Shown: positions 60,881 through 64,000 of the stretch, one piece after another
How positions within the stretch are numbered: the first letter of the stretch is position 1
Layout: each line of letters begins with the position of its first letter
Assembly: GCA_963727525.1 (NCBI GenBank)
Contig: CAVSGO010000005.1
Location: 704,001-768,000 of the forward strand
Direction: 5' to 3'
DNA length: 64,000 nt
From: an uncultured bacterium
Lineage (GTDB): Bacteria > Krumholzibacteriota > Krumholzibacteriia > LZORAL124-64-63
Program-made: the position numbers and the translations under genes
Notes under the pieces: model-generated
Database searches by the model: none
What the model saw: the letters and a program-made list of their open reading frames with translations, nothing else
What the model was told of the DNA's origin: nothing

Positions 60881-62254
60881 ATGAAAAAATTTGATGCAAT
60901 AATTATCGGTTCGGGTCAGGCAGGAACACCGCTTGCTTTTAAACTTGCCTCAAAAGGGAATAAAGTTGCTTTTATTGAAAAGGAGAAGTTAGGAGGAACT
61001 TGCGTGAATGATGGATGCACCCCCACAAAAACCTATGTGGCAAGCGCACGTCGGATCCGGGATGCCCGGAACGGGGCTGAACTTGGAATTCATATACCCG
61101 AAGGTGCTACTGCTGATCTAAAAAGAATTAAAAGCCGCAAGGATAAAATTGTGAAGGAATCGGTTGAAAGCATAAGTTCGGGTGTTGAAAACGAAGAAAA
61201 CATTACTTTTTTTAATGGACAGGCCAACTTTACAGGTAAAAAAATGATTCATGTTAACGATGTGGAACTTACCGCCCCTGAAATTTATATCAACACAGGT
61301 GCAAGAGCTGTTATTCCTGAATCGCTGGAGCAACTGGATTACCTCACCAACGAATCAATACTTCAGCTTGAAGAACTGCCTGAACACCTGCTCATTGTTG
61401 GAGGAAGTTACATCGGGCTTGAGTTTGGTCAAATGTTCCGGAGATTTGGAAGCAAAGTCACAATTATTGAGAAAGGGCCGGCTATTATTGGTCGTGAAGA
61501 CAGTGAAATCAGTGAGAATATTCTGGATTTCCTGCAAGAGGAAGGCATTGAATTCCGGTTGAATACTTCGTGTATCGGCGGTATACAAAACAACGATAAT
61601 TCAGTCACCCTGAAACTGGACTGTAAACAAGGAGCTCCGGAAATTTCAGGTTCGCACCTGCTGATTGGAGTTGGGCGCAGACCAAATACAGATTCGCTGA
61701 ACCTGAAAGCCTGCGGAATAAAAACAGATGACCGCGGTTATATTCATGTAAATGAGTATCTTGAAACAAATGTTGAAGGCATTTATGCACTGGGCGATTG
61801 CAACGGAAAAGGTGCTTTTACACATACCTCGTACAATGATTTTGAAATTATTGCCGACAACAAATTCAACAACAAAAACAGGAAAGTTTCTGACAGGATA
61901 ACTGCATATAACCTGTATATCGATCCGCCTTTGGGACGTGCAGGATTAACCCGCAAAGCCGCACTTGAAAAGGGAGTTAAACTTTTGGAAGCAACAATGC
62001 CCATGAGTAAGGTATCCAGGGCGAAAGAAAAAGGGGAAACCAAGGGAATGATGCAGATTATAGTCAATGCTGAAAATCTGAGAATAATCGGTGCAGCTAT
62101 ATTAGGCGTTGGCGGCGATGAAGTTATTGGCAGTATTTTACAAAATATGTATACCGATGTTCCTTACACAGTAATGAAGAACGCTGTTATTTCACATCCT
62201 ACTGTATCAGAGCTGTTACCAACTTTGCTGAAAGGGTTGAAAGCGATAAATTAA
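60881..62254 (+). CDS. Class I pyridine nucleotide-disulfide oxidoreductase (RclA/YkgC/MerA-like)
   Basis: GSGQAG, redox-active GGTCVNDGCTPTK, GGSYIGLE, GDCNG..AFTH, HPTVSE; lacks the MerA C-terminal Cys pair. Confidence 0.88.
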   Translation: MKKFDAIIIGSGQAGTPLAFKLASKGNKVAFIEKEKLGGTCVNDGCTPTKTYVASARRIRDARNGAELGIHIPEGATADLKRIKSRKDKIVKESVESISSGVENEENITFFNGQANFTGKKMIHVNDVELTAPEIYINTGARAVIPESLEQLDYLTNESILQLEELPEHLLIVGGSYIGLEFGQMFRRFGSKVTIIEKGPAIIGREDSEISENILDFLQEEGIEFRLNTSCIGGIQNNDNSVTLKLDCKQGAPEISGSHLLIGVGRRPNTDSLNLKACGIKTDDRGYIHVNEYLETNVEGIYALGDCNGKGAFTHTSYNDFEIIADNKFNNKNRKVSDRITAYNLYIDPPLGRAGLTRKAALEKGVKLLEATMPMSKVSRAKEKGETKGMMQIIVNAENLRIIGAAILGVGGDEVIGSILQNMYTDVPYTVMKNAVISHPTVSELLPTLLKGLKAIN

Positions 62255-62487
62255 AATTTAAAATTCATCCGGTTGCATATACAAGTGTTAGAATATTTGC
62301 ATCATTCCCACCCTATTCGAATTGAATTTAATTTGATAAAAAATTTTATGAGAAAAAATCTCTGGTACCTGGTTTTCAGAGACAGAAATTCCTTAAAAGA
62401 ATAATACAAAAGAATATGGACTTAATATTTTTAAACAAATAAAATCCATATTTGAAATATTCAGTCAATATTATATATTTCCAATAT

Positions 62488-62519
62488 TTTTGAATTTGGA
62501 AATTTTGCATCTATATTTG
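62488..62519 (+). promoter_or_regulatory. Bacteroidota housekeeping-type promoter
   Basis: TATATTTG (TAnnTTTG) at 62512-62519, with TTTG upstream. Confidence 0.5.
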
Positions 62520-62535
62520 AAAACTTCTTAAACTG

Positions 62536-63136
62536 ATGACGACTGATAAACAAATATGGGATGACTTCCGAAAGGGTAACAGCTATGCATTGTCCCATAT
62601 CTACTATCAGCATGTTCAATTGCTGTTTCGCTACGGTAAAAAATTTAGTCAAAACGATGAATTAATAAAAGACAGCATACAGGACCTTTTTTTTGATTTA
62701 ATACGCACCCGCTCCCGACTTGGAGAAACTGACAACATTCAGTTTTATTTAATACGTTCGTTTCGGCGAAAACTTGTTCGGAATATAAAAGCTCAGAAAT
62801 TTGAAGAAATGGATAGTACCGCGATTTTACCGGAAGCTTTTATATATGTATTCAGCGGAACAGGAATTTATTGAAAAAGAGGAACTGACTGCGCGGGAAA
62901 AGATGGTACAAAAAGGGTTGAGTGAATTGAGTCCCAAACAGCGCGAAATTTTGTTTTATAAATTTACCTGTGAATTCGATTACGAACAGATTTGTGAAAT
63001 TATGCAACTGAAATATGATTCGGCCCGCAAACAGGTATTCAGAGCAGTAAAAGCTTTGAAGAAGGTTCTGCTGAAGAGTGGAACTTTTATATTGTTTGCA
63101 GGAATCTTTTCAAAAAGCTCTCCTCTGTTAAAATAA
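62536..63136 (+). pseudogene. ECF sigma-70 factor split by a frameshift (biological, or a sequencing indel)
   Basis: Region 2 (LFRYG...KDSIQDLF) in 62536-62874; region 4 (LSPKQREIL...YEQICEIM) in the +1 frame; switch near TTTTATATATGTATTC at about 62838-62853. Confidence 0.8.
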
Positions 63137-63186
63137 TTCCCCTGAAGTGTCTACAAAATCTTCATTGGTCCCTTTACTATTTAAAG

Positions 63187-63261
63187 ACGGTGTTTTGTAT
63201 AACCGGTTCATAGATTTCGTTTAGTTAAGAATAGCGCTCAGTTTCAGGGCGCTTTTCTTTT
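63187..63261 (+). ncRNA. Putative small RNA between the ECF sigma and fecR genes
   Basis: Bounded by a promoter-like motif (63148-63186) that is repeated before fecR, and by a terminator; contains 15 nt complementary to the fecR start region. Confidence 0.4.
63233..63261 (+). terminator. Intrinsic terminator
   Basis: AGCGCTC-AGTTTCA-GGGCGCT followed by TTTCTTTT. Confidence 0.7.
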
Positions 63262-63442
63262 AAAGGAAAATCAACTTCATGCACGAATCATGGAAACTGT
63301 CACACCATTAGCTGAAAGAAAGTCAGGCATTTTCGATTCGATTATTAATTATTCGGATAGCAACAAAAAAATTTCCATGGAAAAGATGTCCACAAAAATC
63401 CGACGCCTGTCTTTTTATAAATATAAAGCTGCAAGTAACTAA

Positions 63443-64000
63443 ATGAAATCAATTTTTTTAACATATAGTCCCGAAGAACTGCTTGAAGAAAAATCTTTTA
63501 TCGCCTGGGTACTCCGGGGAAAAAATGACAAGGAATGGGTGAAATTCATTGACGATAATCCGGATTTTAAGATACGGCAAATAAAGCACGTAAAATAATT
63601 CTGTTACTCCGTGATACAAATGATATCCTGGACAAAGAATCGGTATTGGAAATATGGCAAAATATTGATCGGTTTGAACAAATTCAGCAGCAAAAGAGAA
63701 GAATTCCTGTATTCTGGAAAATTTTAACCCGGGCAGCTGCCGTACTGTTAATAATTTCAATGGGTACACTGGGTTACCTTTATCTGAATGAAAAGGATGA
63801 AAGCTATCAGTTCGAAACGGTTAAGGCAGATGGCAACAGCAAAGAAGCCCGATTAATGCTGAGTCACGGTCAGGAGGTAATTCTTAAACAAGATAATTCA
63901 AGCATTGATTTATCAAGGAGCAATCAACTGGTCATAAACAACGATAGCGTAATTGATCTTTCCACCCTTGAACCGGATGGAATTGAAATGAACGAGGTAA
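63443..64000 (+). pseudogene. fecR: FecR-family anti-sigma factor, frameshifted near 63569 and cut off by the window end
   Basis: MKSIFLTYSPEELLEEKSFIAWV...W..FIDDNPDF stops at 63598; the -1 frame continues ANKARKII...IWQNI...RAAAVLLII (TM)...ARLMLSHG to the end. Confidence 0.8.

Noticed and set aside
60881-62254. Mercuric reductase merA
   Set aside because: No C-terminal Cys pair, no N-terminal HMA domain and no mer operon genes.
63217-63230. 14-nt inverted match to the IS4 end (TCGTTTAGTTAAGA versus 55699-55712), suggesting a composite transposon
   Set aside because: Lacks the terminal CAATG, has no associated transposase, and is better explained as the sRNA-like element or chance in AT-rich DNA.
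54710-64000. Horizontally acquired island or prophage within the GC-rich genome
   Set aside because: No integrase, att site or phage genes; content is ordinary Bacteroidota chromosome starting mid-transposase.

Overview
The window holds two compositionally distinct segments joined at about 54705-54720. Segment 1 (1 to ~54710) is GC-rich (roughly 68-70% by eye), densely coding and uses Shine-Dalgarno sequences. It is from a Gram-negative bacterium; I infer an FCB-group candidate lineage such as Krumholzibacteriota/Latescibacterota from the secreted-protein style and one C-terminal 'SWSSIKALY' tail. It encodes peptidases (M28, tricorn S41, DacA), NDH-2, a MATE pump, agmatinase, a tetraheme cytochrome c, MscL, TamA/TamB, DeaD and citrate lyase (CitD-CitE fusion plus CitF). 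It also encodes a sigma54-type envelope module (Omp85, DUF4390, histidine kinase, enhancer-binding regulator, beta-barrel, plus a convergent lipoprotein). Segment 1 ends in a cluster of DnaA-box-like 9-mers. Segment 2 (~54710 to 64000) is AT-rich (roughly 35-40% GC by eye) and Bacteroidota-like. It has a 5'-truncated IS4-family transposase, a beta-barrel protein, a PAS kinase, HU, a five-unit non-coding tandem repeat, DUF1059, an RclA/MerA-like reductase, and a frameshifted ECF sigma / FecR anti-sigma pair. The junction is most simply a contig join or chimera. The strongest novelty candidates are: (i) a putative small RNA between the ECF sigma and fecR genes that is complementary to the fecR start-codon region; (ii) the sigma54 envelope module with two matching promoters and similar upstream motifs; (iii) an Arg-rich small ORF translationally coupled to agmatinase. 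All family calls come from motif recognition, not database searches.
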